From: Selaginella moellendorffii
Taxonomy: Eukaryota; Plantae; Lycopodiophyta
Length of the DNA stretch: 64,000 nt
Reading direction: 5' to 3'
Assembly: GCF_000143415.4 (NCBI RefSeq)
Contig: NW_003314353.1
Coordinates: forward strand, 658,371-722,370
Part shown: piece after piece, positions 62,714 to 64,000 of the stretch
Layout of the letters: every line of letters begins with the position of its first letter
How positions within the stretch are numbered: position 1 is the first letter of the stretch
Notes under the pieces: model-generated
Databases searched by the model: none
The model's input: the letters and a program-made list of their open reading frames with translations, nothing else
What the model was told of the DNA's origin: nothing
Program-made: the position numbers and the translations under genes

Positions 62714-63013
62714 AGTGAATATGCCTAGAATATACTTAGGTATTCTAGGATATTCTACCATCTACAGTTGTTATTCATTTAGATTAATTTTGTATTTATA
62801 ATTTATAAACTTTCTTAAACCTTTTCTAGTATACTATTTTTTATTCTATTATCTAATGGTTGATATAAAATAAGATTAATCATGTGTTTATAAATTACAA
62901 ACATGCTTATAATTATAAAATTTATTTGATCAATTGGATTAATAAGTAATAATAAAATTACTATTAAGCAAACCAAACATTGTTACATGCAATGCGTAGC
63001 AATTTATTTCTAC
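62714..63013. repeat. Partial second copy of the 60788-61662 element
   Basis: ~240-bp direct repeat of 60790-61040 (e.g. AATTACAAACATGCTTATAATTATAAAATTTATTTGATCAATTGGATTAATAAGTAA), followed by the internal module. Confidence 0.8.
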
Positions 63014-63421
63014 TTCTACATCTTTCTATCTTTGATTTTTCTTATTCTCTCTTCTTTACTCTAATATTTCAAATGTCTTTCTTTTTTCCCACTTGGTTTC
63101 CCCTTGACTCCAAAAATCCACACTCTCTTTCTTCTTTATCTTTTCTTTTCTTTTTTTAATTTAGTCTCTTCTCCTCACAACAGTTGCCAACACAAGGCAT
63201 TATATTGGAGTCTACACTAGCACTTTGGCTATAGGTTATTGTGCATGATGAAGTTAGAGCATTCCCTTGTGGTCGCATAATATTCTATTGTTAGAATATT
63301 CTAGAGGCATGGATGTAAGGGGTATATCCCCCTTCTGCTCCGGTGGGGAGTTCACATAAGAGAGATGTTTTGTGCTGGATTTCAAAGCATGAGTGAGTGT
63401 TTTCTTCACCAAAACCCTAAA

Positions 63422-63469
63422 CCCTAATAAAGGCTTTGTTTCATCCTTGAAACAAAGCCTTTATTAGGG
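63422..63469. repeat. Perfect 22-bp-stem hairpin, 4-nt loop
   Basis: CCCTAATAAAGGCTTTGTTTCA-TCCT-TGAAACAAAGCCTTTATTAGGG. Confidence 0.9.
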
Positions 63470-63660
63470 GGAAGTATTATTAAGTGCTAATTTTGACCAT
63501 GTGTTGACCATAACTTTCCTAACTTGATTTGATTTAACATATTTACTCGGGATGAAGGAAGAGGCTCCAAAAGCAAACACCAAATTACATAAGTAATTTA
63601 GATGGTCTTAGATGAAAATAATGCAATTTCTAAAATACATTATCACAATCATCAGTATAT

Positions 63661-64000
63661 TGTAAGCAATCAAAGAGAACAACTCAAAAGATGGTTTATA
63701 GGGTTCAAATATAGAGGGAAAGGGCTTATAAATAAGAATGCACCTTTTTTTTCAATCGATTAAGGGTTTTGGGATATTTGAGGTTAAACGTCTTTGGGTT
63801 TGAATAGTACTGAGTTGGATAATCTCCCAAAAAGTCTAAATTCAAAGAACTTACATTTGGTATCACAAAGGTCTCAGGTCCGACTCCTTTGGTTGGCTAA
63901 GGGTGTTAAGAGAGCGGGGCTTTCGAGAGCTGCGGCTTTTAACTTCTATTCACGAAGGTGTGAACTTACAGGAAAGCATGATAGATTATAAACAACCAAA
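63661..64000 (+). mobile_element. 5' LTR (63661-63855) and Met-type PBS of an LTR retrotransposon running off the window
   Basis: TGTAAG...CTTACA termini, then TT and TGGTATCA at 63858. Confidence 0.55.

Noticed and set aside
63858-63900. tRNA-like GGTCTCAGGTCCGACTCCT (T-arm-like)
   Set aside because: No acceptor stem or D-arm can be built; TGGTATCA right after an LTR end is better explained as a PBS.

Overview
Eukaryotic plant nuclear DNA. The very compact, CpG-rich gene island with ~40-60 nt introns, PLS/DYW PPR genes and short-LTR gypsy elements suggests a lycophyte such as Selaginella moellendorffii (inference, not verified). There are two assembly gaps (249-348, 33762-33861) and three compartments. 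(1) ~1-29.9 kb is a CpG-depleted block of decayed transposons: nested Ty3/gypsy elements (one with intact LTR pair, tRNA-Trp PBS and 4-bp TSD), a TRIM, LINE remnants forming a 1.6-kb inverted repeat, and PPR, DUF677 and LPEAT2 pseudogene fragments. It also holds one intact intronless ORF for a small secreted protein resembling bacterial/fungal YvgO-type proteins (1027-1443), the best candidate for something new. (2) ~29.9-60.5 kb is a dense gene island: two orphan genes, LPEAT2, RRP1/Nop52, DiT2, an SDR110C dehydrogenase, a TMK LRR-RLK, a plastid membrane protein, a DYW-PPR editing factor, formamidase, PLATZ, a CPYC glutaredoxin missed by the ORF track, an NPF transporter with a GC-AG intron, a Rossmann-fold protein, a DUF179 protein and an F-box/kelch protein. 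(3) ~60.7-64 kb is AT-rich, with MITE/foldback repeats and LTR ends. All alignments were done by eye and all family assignments come from remembered motifs; no searches were run.
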